64,000 bases of DNA. Source: a virus (lineage: Duplodnaviria; Caudoviricetes). The stretch spans positions 18,573 to 82,572 of IMG/VR virus record IMGVR_UViG_3300020440_000010. The stretch is one strand, 5' to 3'. The translations under genes were made by a program, and so were the position numbers. Below the pieces are notes generated by a model that ran no database searches, was not told the origin of the DNA, and saw only the letters and a program-made list of their open reading frames with translations. Shown in pieces: positions 38,653 to 47,285 of this stretch. How positions within the stretch are numbered: the stretch's first letter is position 1; the number at the start of each line of letters is the position of its first letter.

Positions 38653-39224
38653 GAACAGATTATTTTGCCACACCAGTATACAAGTTTGACATTGTATATG
38701 ACAACGATAAATTAGAAAACTGGATTCGTGGTATAAACAAAAATGTATCAAAGAACATACATGGTGGTTTTCAAAGTTTTGAAAAAGAAACTATGGAATA
38801 CCAATTACCTTATAATTTTGCAGACTTAGAAAGTATGTTACAAGAAAAAATTAATATTGTTACAAAAGATTTAGATATAGGTGATTGTAGACTGCAAAAC
38901 TATTGGGGTAATGTAAATCCTCAAGGCAGTTGTAATGATACACACAATCACCCTAATGCATTGTTAGTAGCAAATTATTATGTTAGTGCTCCTGGTAGTG
39001 ATATGGGAGATCTAATTGTGCATAGAGATGATGAAGCACAATACTATGTTTCACAGATTGCAAAAAGAAATAATATTACAGAAAGACAAATTAATATTAC
39101 ACCCTACACAGGTTTGTTTGTTGTGTTTCCTGGTTGGGTAAAGCATTCAGTAAACACAAACTTAAACAGTAAAGATAGAATATCAATCTCGCTCAACTAC
39201 GGAAGGATTAAAAATGAGAATTGA
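38649..39224 (+). CDS. 2OG-Fe(II) oxygenase (TIGR02466-like)
   Basis: HNHP...YYV...FPGWVKHSV...RISISLN. Confidence 0.85.
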   Translation: MRTDYFATPVYKFDIVYDNDKLENWIRGINKNVSKNIHGGFQSFEKETMEYQLPYNFADLESMLQEKINIVTKDLDIGDCRLQNYWGNVNPQGSCNDTHNHPNALLVANYYVSAPGSDMGDLIVHRDDEAQYYVSQIAKRNNITERQINITPYTGLFVVFPGWVKHSVNTNLNSKDRISISLNYGRIKNEN

Positions 39225-40326
39225 CCAAGACATGAAACTAGATTTTAAAGACGTACTATTCAAACCTAAAAGGTCTAAACTTGAAAGTCGTAGAGATGTT
39301 GATATGCATAGAACATTTAAGTTTCATAACAGTGGTAAAGAGTGGACTGGCATTCCTATTATGGCAAGTAATATGGACGGGGTTGGTACATTTGAAATTG
39401 CAAAAGTTTTGCAACAACATAAGATGTTGACTGTGTTAAGAAAACATTACACACAGGAAGATTGGAAAGAAGCAGTAGGCTCAGGACTTAAATTAAAATA
39501 TGTTTCAGTATGCACAGGAACAGGTGTAATATGGGATCCAGATGCTCCTGACTATGCTACAATGAAAGCAGTATTACAGAACTATCCTGATATTCCTTTT
39601 ATCACAGTAGATGTAGCAAATGCCTACCATGAAAACTTTGGAGAGTTTATTGCAAGGCTTAGAGATGAATATCCTGAGAAAACTATTATAGCAGGTAATG
39701 TCATTACTGCTGAAATGACAGAAGAACTAATTATTAGAGGTGCTGACATTGTTAAGTGTGGCATTGGTCCTGGCTCTGTGTGTACTACACGATTAATGAC
39801 AGGCGTAGGAGTTCCACAACTTTCAGGTATTATTGAATGTGCAGATGCGGCCAACGGTATCGGTGGACACATAATTGCAGATGGCGGTTGTGTATACCCC
39901 GGTGATGTAGCAAAGGCTCTTGGAGCAGGTGCACATTTTGTTATGCTTGGTGGTATGTTAGCAGGACACAAAGAAGGTGGTGGTAATGTTATTACAAAAC
40001 ACACTGCTACTGGTGGTGCTCACAAACTAGATAATGGCACTTATATTCCACATTTTGAAGAAAAACAGTTTGTACAGTTTTATGGAATGAGTTCAGATGC
40101 CGCAATGGAAAAGCATGGTAGCAGAAAAGATGGTTACAGAGGTGCTGAAGGCAAACTTGTTTCTATTCCTTACAAAGGAGAAGTAGAACGTACACTGACT
40201 GAAATCCTTGGAGGAGTAAGAAGTGCTTGTACGTATATAGGTGCTAAAAGGATTAAGGATATGCCTAAGTGCACCACTTTTACACGATGCACTCAGCAAG
40301 TTAATACTGTATTCGGAAACGTTTAA
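39214..40326 (+). CDS. guaC: GMP reductase
   Basis: KLDFKDVLFKPKRS, DVANAY, KCGIGPGSVCTTR, ADGGC, FYGMSS, EGK. Confidence 0.95.
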   Translation: MRIDQDMKLDFKDVLFKPKRSKLESRRDVDMHRTFKFHNSGKEWTGIPIMASNMDGVGTFEIAKVLQQHKMLTVLRKHYTQEDWKEAVGSGLKLKYVSVCTGTGVIWDPDAPDYATMKAVLQNYPDIPFITVDVANAYHENFGEFIARLRDEYPEKTIIAGNVITAEMTEELIIRGADIVKCGIGPGSVCTTRLMTGVGVPQLSGIIECADAANGIGGHIIADGGCVYPGDVAKALGAGAHFVMLGGMLAGHKEGGGNVITKHTATGGAHKLDNGTYIPHFEEKQFVQFYGMSSDAAMEKHGSRKDGYRGAEGKLVSIPYKGEVERTLTEILGGVRSACTYIGAKRIKDMPKCTTFTRCTQQVNTVFGNV

Positions 40327-40746
40327 TTATTTTAACCAAGCAATTTTTTCGCCGGCTTTAACTCTACGTTCTTGTTCAGCAACTGAACCAGGGAATCTCC
40401 ATGCCCATATGGCTACCAATGCCATAAAGCCTCCACTCCACATTACTGCTTTAATATTCTCAGTTGTGAACCAAAGAAAGATGAGTGACGAAGCCATCAC
40501 TGCAATCATTAGGTATTTTCCTTTAGTAGGAAATACTTTCTTTTGTACCCAATTGGTTAAGAATGGGCCAAAGTATTTGTGATTGTATAACCAATCGTGC
40601 ATTCTCTTAGAACTCTTTGCAAAACAATATGCCGCAAAAACTAAGAAGATAGAAAAAGGAATTCCCGGAACAACAACACCAACGTATGCCATACCCAAGG
40701 ACACAAAGCCTAATCCCATCCATATATATTTTTTTATTTTATTCAT
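40327..40746 (-). CDS. ybaN: YbaN/DUF454 family inner-membrane protein
   Basis: [37 protein letters not shown]. Confidence 0.88.
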   Translation of the reverse strand: MNKIKKYIWMGLGFVSLGMAYVGVVVPGIPFSIFLVFAAYCFAKSSKRMHDWLYNHKYFGPFLTNWVQKKVFPTKGKYLMIAVMASSLIFLWFTTENIKAVMWSGGFMALVAIWAWRFPGSVAEQERRVKAGEKIAWLK

Positions 40747-41936
40747 TTTATCTCATTCCATTTTAAAACTAGTTTTAACTTATCAACCAAATCGTCCATC
40801 ATAGCATCTGAATGATTTGGTGTTGGAGTAAAACGTAGTCTTTCTGTACCTACTGCAACAGTAGGATAGTTAATAGGTTGTACATATATGCCATGTTTGT
40901 ACAACAGGTCATCGGAGATATTTTTACATTTTTTGGCATCTCCAATTATTAAAGGAACAATATGAGTAGGGTTATCCATTAATGGAAATCCTGCATCTTT
41001 AAATTTAGACTTAAGAGTATTTGCTCTTTCCATAATGGAATCTCTCAAATCTGGATGTTCCTTGACATATCTTACACTAGCCAAAGCACCAGCACATAAT
41101 ACTGGACTCAAACTAGTTGTAAAAATAAAAGCAGGTGCTAGTGACCTAATACCGTCTATAAAAGGCGTCTTAGACGCAATATAACCGCCCTGTACGCCGA
41201 ATGCTTTCGCTAGGGTGCCGTTTACTATGTCTATGTCCTCAACCCCCTTTAAATCGCAAATTCCACCGCCTTTTTCACCATACAAGCCTACCGCATGGAC
41301 TTCATCCAAAAAGGTTAATGCTTTGTATTTTTTGGCTAATTTTACAATTTCTTTTATTGGACTGATATCTCCGTCCATTGAATATACACTTTCAAAAACA
41401 ATCATTTTGGGTCCTTTGATTGTCTTTAGATGCTTTTCAAGATCTTTTAAATCATTGTGTTTCCAAATTACTTTGTTTGCTTTTGAATGTCTTATGCCCT
41501 GTATGATCGAACTATGATTTTCACTATCACTAATATAAGTTATATCTGGAATGAATCGTGGAATAGTTTCTAATGTAGTTTCGTTGGCATTAAAGGCACT
41601 AGTGAATAGTAGTGCCGATTCTTTGTTATGTAATTTTGCTAATTCATGTTCAAGTGCTACATGATAATGAGTAGTACCAGATATATTTCTAGTTCCACCC
41701 GAACCTGCTCCTGATTGTTCTAGTGCAGTTTTCATTGCATCTATAACAAACTGATGCTGTCCCATACCTAAGTAATCGTTAGAACACCAATTTACAATTT
41801 TTTTGATTGCGTACTTTGAATACCATATTGCATTTGGAAATTCGCCGCACTCTCGCAAAATATCGTTGAATACTCTATATTTGCCGTCGGCTTTAAGGCC
41901 ATTTAACACCTCTTCAAATTTATCTAAATGTTCCAT
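40743..41936 (-). CDS. hemA: 5-aminolevulinate synthase (Shemin/C4 pathway)
   Basis: [45 protein letters not shown] (PLP Lys), FIFTTS. Confidence 0.95.
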   Translation of the reverse strand: MEHLDKFEEVLNGLKADGKYRVFNDILRECGEFPNAIWYSKYAIKKIVNWCSNDYLGMGQHQFVIDAMKTALEQSGAGSGGTRNISGTTHYHVALEHELAKLHNKESALLFTSAFNANETTLETIPRFIPDITYISDSENHSSIIQGIRHSKANKVIWKHNDLKDLEKHLKTIKGPKMIVFESVYSMDGDISPIKEIVKLAKKYKALTFLDEVHAVGLYGEKGGGICDLKGVEDIDIVNGTLAKAFGVQGGYIASKTPFIDGIRSLAPAFIFTTSLSPVLCAGALASVRYVKEHPDLRDSIMERANTLKSKFKDAGFPLMDNPTHIVPLIIGDAKKCKNISDDLLYKHGIYVQPINYPTVAVGTERLRFTPTPNHSDAMMDDLVDKLKLVLKWNEIK

Positions 41937-42055
41937 TATTATTCCAAATTATATACGCACATAATATTTAGTGATAATTTGGCAAAAAAATTACTATCTG
42001 ACTCTTGTAATTTTAAAAAAAAGTATTATATTATTAGTATGCAACAATTAAGTTG

Positions 42056-42127
42056 TATAAATACAAGTGTAAGATGCTTGATAGGTCTTACATTAATAAC
42101 TTGCTTAATAAGGAGGACAAGAAAATG
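42056..42127 (+). promoter_or_regulatory. Late promoter plus ROSE-like RNA thermometer in the hsp20 5' UTR
   Basis: TATAAATA 42056-63; 9-bp hairpin 42066-94; CTT(G)CTT-aat-AAGGAG SD-sequestering hairpin containing UUGCU. Confidence 0.7.
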
Positions 42128-42577
42128 ACAAACAAATCCCTATCAATTTTTAATCAACTTAGACCTGTAACAGTAGGATTCGACCCTATCTTTGATAGAT
42201 TCGAAAGAATGTTTGAAGATGATTTCTTCAACGCACCTACTTTTAACAGTAACTATCCACCATACAATATTGTAAAGACAGGTGACTATACCTACAATAT
42301 TGAATTGGCACTTGCTGGTTTTGGCAAAAAGGATATTGATGTAACATACGAAAATAGTATGGTAACAGTCAAATCAATCCAAGAAGCCAAATCAGAGGAC
42401 AAAGAAACTGACGGTGTATTACACAGAGGTATTTCTAAAAGACAATTTACAAAGTCTTTTTCAATTGCTGATGATGTAGAAGTTAAAGGTGCTGAGTTGA
42501 AAGATGGATTGCTTTCGATCTCTCTGGAAAGAATTATTCCAGAAAGTAAAAAGGCAAGATCTATCGAAGTAAAGTAA
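42125..42577 (+). CDS. hsp20: Small heat-shock protein Hsp20/IbpA family
   Basis: NYPPYNI, IELALAGF, LHRGIS.R.F.KSF, LKDGLL. Confidence 0.95.
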   Translation: MTNKSLSIFNQLRPVTVGFDPIFDRFERMFEDDFFNAPTFNSNYPPYNIVKTGDYTYNIELALAGFGKKDIDVTYENSMVTVKSIQEAKSEDKETDGVLHRGISKRQFTKSFSIADDVEVKGAELKDGLLSISLERIIPESKKARSIEVK

Positions 42578-42585
42578 GCAAAAAG

Positions 42586-42620
42586 ATTGTTGGGGGAAAT
42601 TGGACGTTTCCCCCACAATT
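42586..42620 (+). terminator. GC-rich hairpin after hsp20
   Basis: TTGT-T-GGGGGAAA-ttggacg-TTTCCCCC-ACAA; weak U tail. Confidence 0.5.
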
Positions 42621-42679
42621 AACTGTTGCTTTATTTTAACTTATATGCTATATTAAATATACTAATAGGAAGGTACAAT

Positions 42680-42988
42680 ATGACAAATCCATCAACTGCA
42701 ACTGTAGAAAAAGAAGCAGTAATAGACAGTATTAAAGAACCAGGTCTTTACAAGGTAGTATTTTGTAATGATAACTTAACTCCAATGGATTTTGTTGTCC
42801 AAGTTCTTCAAGATGTGTTTAGACACAGCAAAACAAAAGCAGAAGCAATTATGCTAGAAATACACAACAAGGGCGAAGGAGTCGCTGGTATATTTGTGTA
42901 TGAGATAGCGGAACAGAAGGGTGTAGAAACTACTGTGGCCGCTCGTGAACAAGGTTATCCGCTCGCAATTAAAGTCGAACCTGTCTAA
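42680..42988 (+). CDS. clpS: N-degron adaptor ClpS
   Basis: YKVVFCNDNLTPMDFVV..L..VF...A..IML.IH..G. Confidence 0.9.
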   Translation: MTNPSTATVEKEAVIDSIKEPGLYKVVFCNDNLTPMDFVVQVLQDVFRHSKTKAEAIMLEIHNKGEGVAGIFVYEIAEQKGVETTVAAREQGYPLAIKVEPV

Positions 42989-43005
42989 GTCTTTTAAATA
43001 GTAGT

Positions 43006-43545
43006 ATGACTACTTTGAAAGAACTTACATGGGAACATCATAAAAACGCAGAACGTCAGGATTTTGTTAAAGTCCTAATGGGAGGATCCATAGATCCTAA
43101 ACTGTATGCTACATTTTTATTCAATCAACACCCGTGTTACAATTTATTAGAAACTATGGCTATGGGCCATGGATTGCTCAACGACATTCAAGAAATAAGA
43201 AGAGCACCACAAATTCACACAGATTTTTTAGAATTATGGAAGGACGAAAAAGAACTTCCAAAATTGCTTGATAGCACTAACAAATACATATATCATTTAA
43301 GAACTATTATGGATGATCCACACAAATTGATGGCACATATCTACGTCAGACACATGGGTGATCTAAGCGGTGGACAAATGATTAAAAAGAAAGTTCCAGG
43401 CAAAGGAACTATGTATGACTTTGAAGGTGACATACCTGCTATCAAAGATAAGATTAGAACTAAAATAGACAACACCATGGCGGAAGAAGCAAAACTTGTT
43501 TTTGATTTTGCCACTAATACATTTAAAGAATTAATGGAGATATAA
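43006..43545 (+). CDS. hemO: Heme oxygenase (HemO/Ho1 type)
   Basis: LKELT..HH..AE, HIYVRHMGDLSGGQ. Confidence 0.92.
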   Translation: MTTLKELTWEHHKNAERQDFVKVLMGGSIDPKLYATFLFNQHPCYNLLETMAMGHGLLNDIQEIRRAPQIHTDFLELWKDEKELPKLLDSTNKYIYHLRTIMDDPHKLMAHIYVRHMGDLSGGQMIKKKVPGKGTMYDFEGDIPAIKDKIRTKIDNTMAEEAKLVFDFATNTFKELMEI

Positions 43546-44240
43546 TGAGTATTATTTGGGACAAACTGATTTCATGCAAAGATGAAATAATTGATATATT
43601 CGATGAGCACTGTGGAGAGATAGAAGAGCCTGGCATGAGCCAGTTTAATCAACCAGACAATGGTTGGATCAATAGAGTATGGGCAAACGCAGATGTGCGT
43701 AGGGCACACATTGATGTTGTTGATGTTAGAGAAACAAAAGGTCTTTGGATGATGCACGTCTGTTGTTTTCCTGTTCTTACAAACGATGCACCAATATATG
43801 GCTTTGATGTTATTGCAGGCAAAAATAAAATGACAGGTGCTTTTCATGATTTCTCACCAAGTGCTGGCGGAGAAGATCATCCTATGGTAGAATGGTATGT
43901 AGATGCAGTTAAAGATTTTATTCCAACCAAACAACGTAAATTACCCGAGTGGGCAACAAACATTTTCACAGAAAGCATGATTGCCGCAGGTAACGTAAGC
44001 ACAGACGAAGAAGCAACTGCTATTGTGGATCTTGCACTTAACAATCTACGTGTATGGTTTGAAAGTGTAGGTGAATACACAGGCAACAGCACAGTTGATT
44101 TTACAGCAGGATGCCAGAACTGGTACTGCCATAATCAGCAACAGAATCCACATACACCACGTGTAATGAAATCTCTAGGTTTAAAAGAAGCAGATGTAGA
44201 CCTATTCTGCACCGACGCACTGTTTCCTAAAATAAAATAA
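43545..44240 (+). CDS. pcyX: Ferredoxin-dependent bilin reductase, PcyX-like
   Basis: RRAHIDVVD, LWMMHVCCFP...PIYGFDVIAG...AFHDFS, LPEWA.IF, HTPRVMKSLG; coupled to hemO. Confidence 0.85.
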   Translation: MSIIWDKLISCKDEIIDIFDEHCGEIEEPGMSQFNQPDNGWINRVWANADVRRAHIDVVDVRETKGLWMMHVCCFPVLTNDAPIYGFDVIAGKNKMTGAFHDFSPSAGGEDHPMVEWYVDAVKDFIPTKQRKLPEWATNIFTESMIAAGNVSTDEEATAIVDLALNNLRVWFESVGEYTGNSTVDFTAGCQNWYCHNQQQNPHTPRVMKSLGLKEADVDLFCTDALFPKIK

Positions 44241-44251
44241 ATAACTGTGTT

Positions 44252-45781
44252 ATGAGAGCACTAGAATTCACAAGATTAATCGAAGAGCCAGTTACTCAGC
44301 AAGATCTTGACAGAGTCCAAAGCGGAAAGCCTGTTGATCCTGAGTTAGAAAAAGCACTAGCAGATCTACAGCCTAAAGCAGAACAAGATCCTAGTGTGTT
44401 TGCTAAAGCCAAAGAAATTGTTGCAAAATATCTAAAGCAACTACAACAGGTTGCTAAAACAGAATCAGCAGAAGTATTAGAAGATAATCCAACACCTGTG
44501 GTACAAGGTGGTATAAGAAGTATCAGTTCTGAAATTACTCAACAGTATGATAGATTCGAAGCGATTGTTAACCAAAGAATCTTGGATCTAGGTTTAGATA
44601 TGCAGGATGATAAGGTTAAAACTATTAGAGACATGATGTTGAGAGACATTAGAGATCTAAGTGCAAGACGTGTTGAAAAAGGTCGTGACGAAGGACGTGA
44701 AGAAGCAAGAAAAGAATCACAAAAAGCAATTCAGACACTTAACAGCGAAATGAAAATACTTGCAAAAAAAGTAGCAAACTACATTGATCCTGATGATGGA
44801 GTAAAATACAACAGCAAAGAAAAGAAGAAACAAGCAAATGCTTTAAAAGCCTTAGAAGGTTTGAAAAGTGGTTTGTTGGCTTTGTTCTTTAATAAAGTTT
44901 ATTTGGAAGGGCAATTAACTGAAGAACAGGTAATCAATTTTGTTAAGGATTGTGTTGCTGGCAATGTTCTTAATATGCCTAGATTAATTAAAGCAAAACA
45001 AGGTGTAATTGATGATTATGTAGTTAAGCACAAAGATGTTTATGATGTAGTTGTACAAGACCTAATTAACTTCAAAGGTGAAGCAGGAACAGGTGGTGCA
45101 TTAGGACCAGCAGAAATTTTATTAAGTGCAATTGGTTCACCTGTATCAACAGGCACAGGCGGAGTCAAAGGAGACCTTGCTGTAAAAATGGACGGAACTA
45201 CTGTTGGAGTTGAGGTGAAGGCCGGTTCACAAGCAAAAACCAGTGGTGCTAGATTAAATGGCACAGCGATTCAAGACGGCAAAGGTGCGTTAGCAAATTT
45301 CAAAAAACTTTATGCTGACCTAGGAATTACCGTAGAAGATCTTGATAAAGGATCATATACAATAAGTGAACAAAAACTAAAAATACTTAATGAAAAGTTA
45401 GCAACATTTGATAATGAAAAATTAAATCAATATGTTGTTGGAGTATTAAAAGCATTGGTAACAAATTATGACGAAGTTTACGAAGAAAAATCAAATGAAA
45501 TAAAACAAAAAATAGATGCTTCTATACAACCTGGCACAGAAGGTGGACCTATTATTTTTACTGAATTTAGAAATCTTATTACATACGTACAATTAATAAG
45601 TTATAATCTTACCGACGGTGTTGCAACTATCATGACTGTGGATACAGGAAAGAGATCATTTACAGTTACAAATTCGCCTGAAGAATTTATTGATCAAATT
45701 GGAAAAGGACACGTTCAAGCGGCATCATTATCCATTACAGCCGACCCACAAACGGCTAGTTTTCATTGGCGCAGTGCATAA
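44252..45781 (+). CDS. Late protein with C-terminal PD-(D/E)XK-like motif
   Basis: GPAEILL...KGDL....VEVKAG; ATAAATA promoter. Confidence 0.55.
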   Translation: MRALEFTRLIEEPVTQQDLDRVQSGKPVDPELEKALADLQPKAEQDPSVFAKAKEIVAKYLKQLQQVAKTESAEVLEDNPTPVVQGGIRSISSEITQQYDRFEAIVNQRILDLGLDMQDDKVKTIRDMMLRDIRDLSARRVEKGRDEGREEARKESQKAIQTLNSEMKILAKKVANYIDPDDGVKYNSKEKKKQANALKALEGLKSGLLALFFNKVYLEGQLTEEQVINFVKDCVAGNVLNMPRLIKAKQGVIDDYVVKHKDVYDVVVQDLINFKGEAGTGGALGPAEILLSAIGSPVSTGTGGVKGDLAVKMDGTTVGVEVKAGSQAKTSGARLNGTAIQDGKGALANFKKLYADLGITVEDLDKGSYTISEQKLKILNEKLATFDNEKLNQYVVGVLKALVTNYDEVYEEKSNEIKQKIDASIQPGTEGGPIIFTEFRNLITYVQLISYNLTDGVATIMTVDTGKRSFTVTNSPEEFIDQIGKGHVQAASLSITADPQTASFHWRSA

Positions 45782-45853
45782 TTTTTCTTGACTTATCCCC
45801 TATAATCATTATATACTTAAATACTGCTGGACAGCACCAGATTTGGAGATATA

Positions 45854-46438
45854 ATGAACAAAACAGAACACACAACTAAAGACGGTGATTCAATAGTCAT
45901 ATTTGATGACCTGTTTGACTATTCAAACAGAATGCTTTGGATGACCACTTTGTATAACAGTAATTTACAGTTTGGCATATCATATGACAGTCAAGTATCA
46001 GATCAAACAAGTGTAAGTGGTTTAGGTACCCATTGGCGACACACTGACTGGGATAACTTTGGTCTTGGCAGACACAAGAACTGGATGGAAGTACAAAAAG
46101 TATTAGAAGGTAGACAGTTCCAAAGAGCATGGCTTAATGTTTCTACAGGTAAAGAAATGTATAGATGGCACGCCGATCATAATCTCAACGAAGCAAAAAG
46201 TATTTTATATTACCCAAATCTTAAATGGAATTCTGAATGGGATGGACAAACTGTGTTTAAAGATAGAGATGCAAAAAACTACGAGTATTGTGTAGATTAT
46301 GTCCCGGGAAGAGTAGTGGTATTTGATAGCATTATACCACACAAAGCAGTTCATGGCAATCACGAAGCACCTTGCCATAGAATGATAATCAACGCAGTGT
46401 TTTGGTCAGATAACACTGACTTACCATTAGAGTTTTAA
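45854..46438 (+). CDS. 2OG-Fe(II) oxygenase (prolyl-hydroxylase-like)
   Basis: WHAD...LYY...W..EWDGQT...PGRVVVFDS.IPH...R. Confidence 0.85.
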   Translation: MNKTEHTTKDGDSIVIFDDLFDYSNRMLWMTTLYNSNLQFGISYDSQVSDQTSVSGLGTHWRHTDWDNFGLGRHKNWMEVQKVLEGRQFQRAWLNVSTGKEMYRWHADHNLNEAKSILYYPNLKWNSEWDGQTVFKDRDAKNYEYCVDYVPGRVVVFDSIIPHKAVHGNHEAPCHRMIINAVFWSDNTDLPLEF

Positions 46439-46448
46439 GGAGGAACAA

Positions 46449-46661
46449 ATGGCAAAAGAGTACAACAGAGACAATATGATTGAAGCAATCAAAGAACACG
46501 CCAGAGGACACATTGCCAAACACGCAATGAACGTGGAAGTGTATTTGAAAAGTTCAGCAGGAGTTGGAGAGCATCCAGACATTTTGGAAGCAATCGAAAA
46601 AGAACTTAAAATTATTGCTGAATACCACGATCAATTGGAAGTATTAGACAAATATTTCTAG
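46449..46661 (+). CDS. Conserved small phage protein
   Basis: H..N.EVYL....GVGEHPDI.EAIE.EL. Confidence 0.7.
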   Translation: MAKEYNRDNMIEAIKEHARGHIAKHAMNVEVYLKSSAGVGEHPDILEAIEKELKIIAEYHDQLEVLDKYF

Positions 46662-46689
46662 TTGACAATTGGAGCAGATATGTTATACT
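46662..46689 (+). promoter_or_regulatory. Sigma70-type promoter for tRNA-Arg
   Basis: TTGACA-16-TATACT with extended -10 TG. Confidence 0.7.
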
Positions 46690-46697
46690 ACACTTAT

Positions 46698-46774
46698 CTG
46701 CTCGTAGTTCAGTTGGATAGAACATCAGTTTGCGGAACTGGAGGTCGGAGGTTCGAATCCTCCCGAGCAGGCCA
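46698..46774 (+). tRNA. tRNA-Arg(GCG)
   Basis: Cloverleaf CTGCTCG/CGAGCAG, anticodon loop TT-GCG-GA, TTCGAAT T-loop, encoded CCA. Confidence 0.92.
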
Positions 46775-46786
46775 GAAAGTGAAAAA

Positions 46787-47020
46787 ATGACAGAATTTAG
46801 AAATGGTATACTAAACACACTGAGAAACTTAATGTCAAAGGGTTCTTTGACTCTTGCTATCATTTACACACTAGGTCATATCTGTATCGCAATGGCGGTG
46901 GTCTATACACTTACAGGATCTAGTATATGGGAAGCAGGATTAGTTGCTTTAGTTGAACCCACAATAAATGGTGTTTGGTTTTACATCTTACACAAGACTT
47001 GGTCCTATTTTAGGAAATAA
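46787..47020 (+). CDS. DUF2061-like membrane protein
   Basis: YTLGHICIAM.V...LTG...A..VA.VEP..N.VWFY...K.W. Confidence 0.75.
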   Translation: MTEFRNGILNTLRNLMSKGSLTLAIIYTLGHICIAMAVVYTLTGSSIWEAGLVALVEPTINGVWFYILHKTWSYFRK

Positions 47021-47030
47021 GGAGATTTAA

Positions 47031-47219
47031 TTGCAGATTTTATGGCATTTATTACTGACCGTGTGTTCTGGGTCTAGTTGTTTAGAACAAGATATACAGT
47101 GGTTTGAAAACAAGCAGTCTTGCGAAATTATACGAACACAGTATATTGAAATACCAACAGATGGTGATTGGGATACTGTTAATTACGTGTGTAAACCTAT
47201 TAATTCAGTAGGCACTTGA
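47031..47219 (+). CDS. Small secreted Cys-containing protein
   Basis: AGGAG SD, TTG start, 4 Cys. Confidence 0.55.
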   Translation: MQILWHLLLTVCSGSSCLEQDIQWFENKQSCEIIRTQYIEIPTDGDWDTVNYVCKPINSVGT

Positions 47220-47285
47220 TCCGTCGGACACCATAACTTTATAATCCTTATATTTGGCTAAATAATTGCAAATAGAGGATTTCAA

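Noticed and set aside
46612-46863. ORFs spanning tRNA genes (46612..46863, the 5' part of 46730..47020, 58830..59165, 58897..59079)
   Set aside because: They overlap clear tRNA cloverleafs; the real CDS starts are downstream (46787, 58975).
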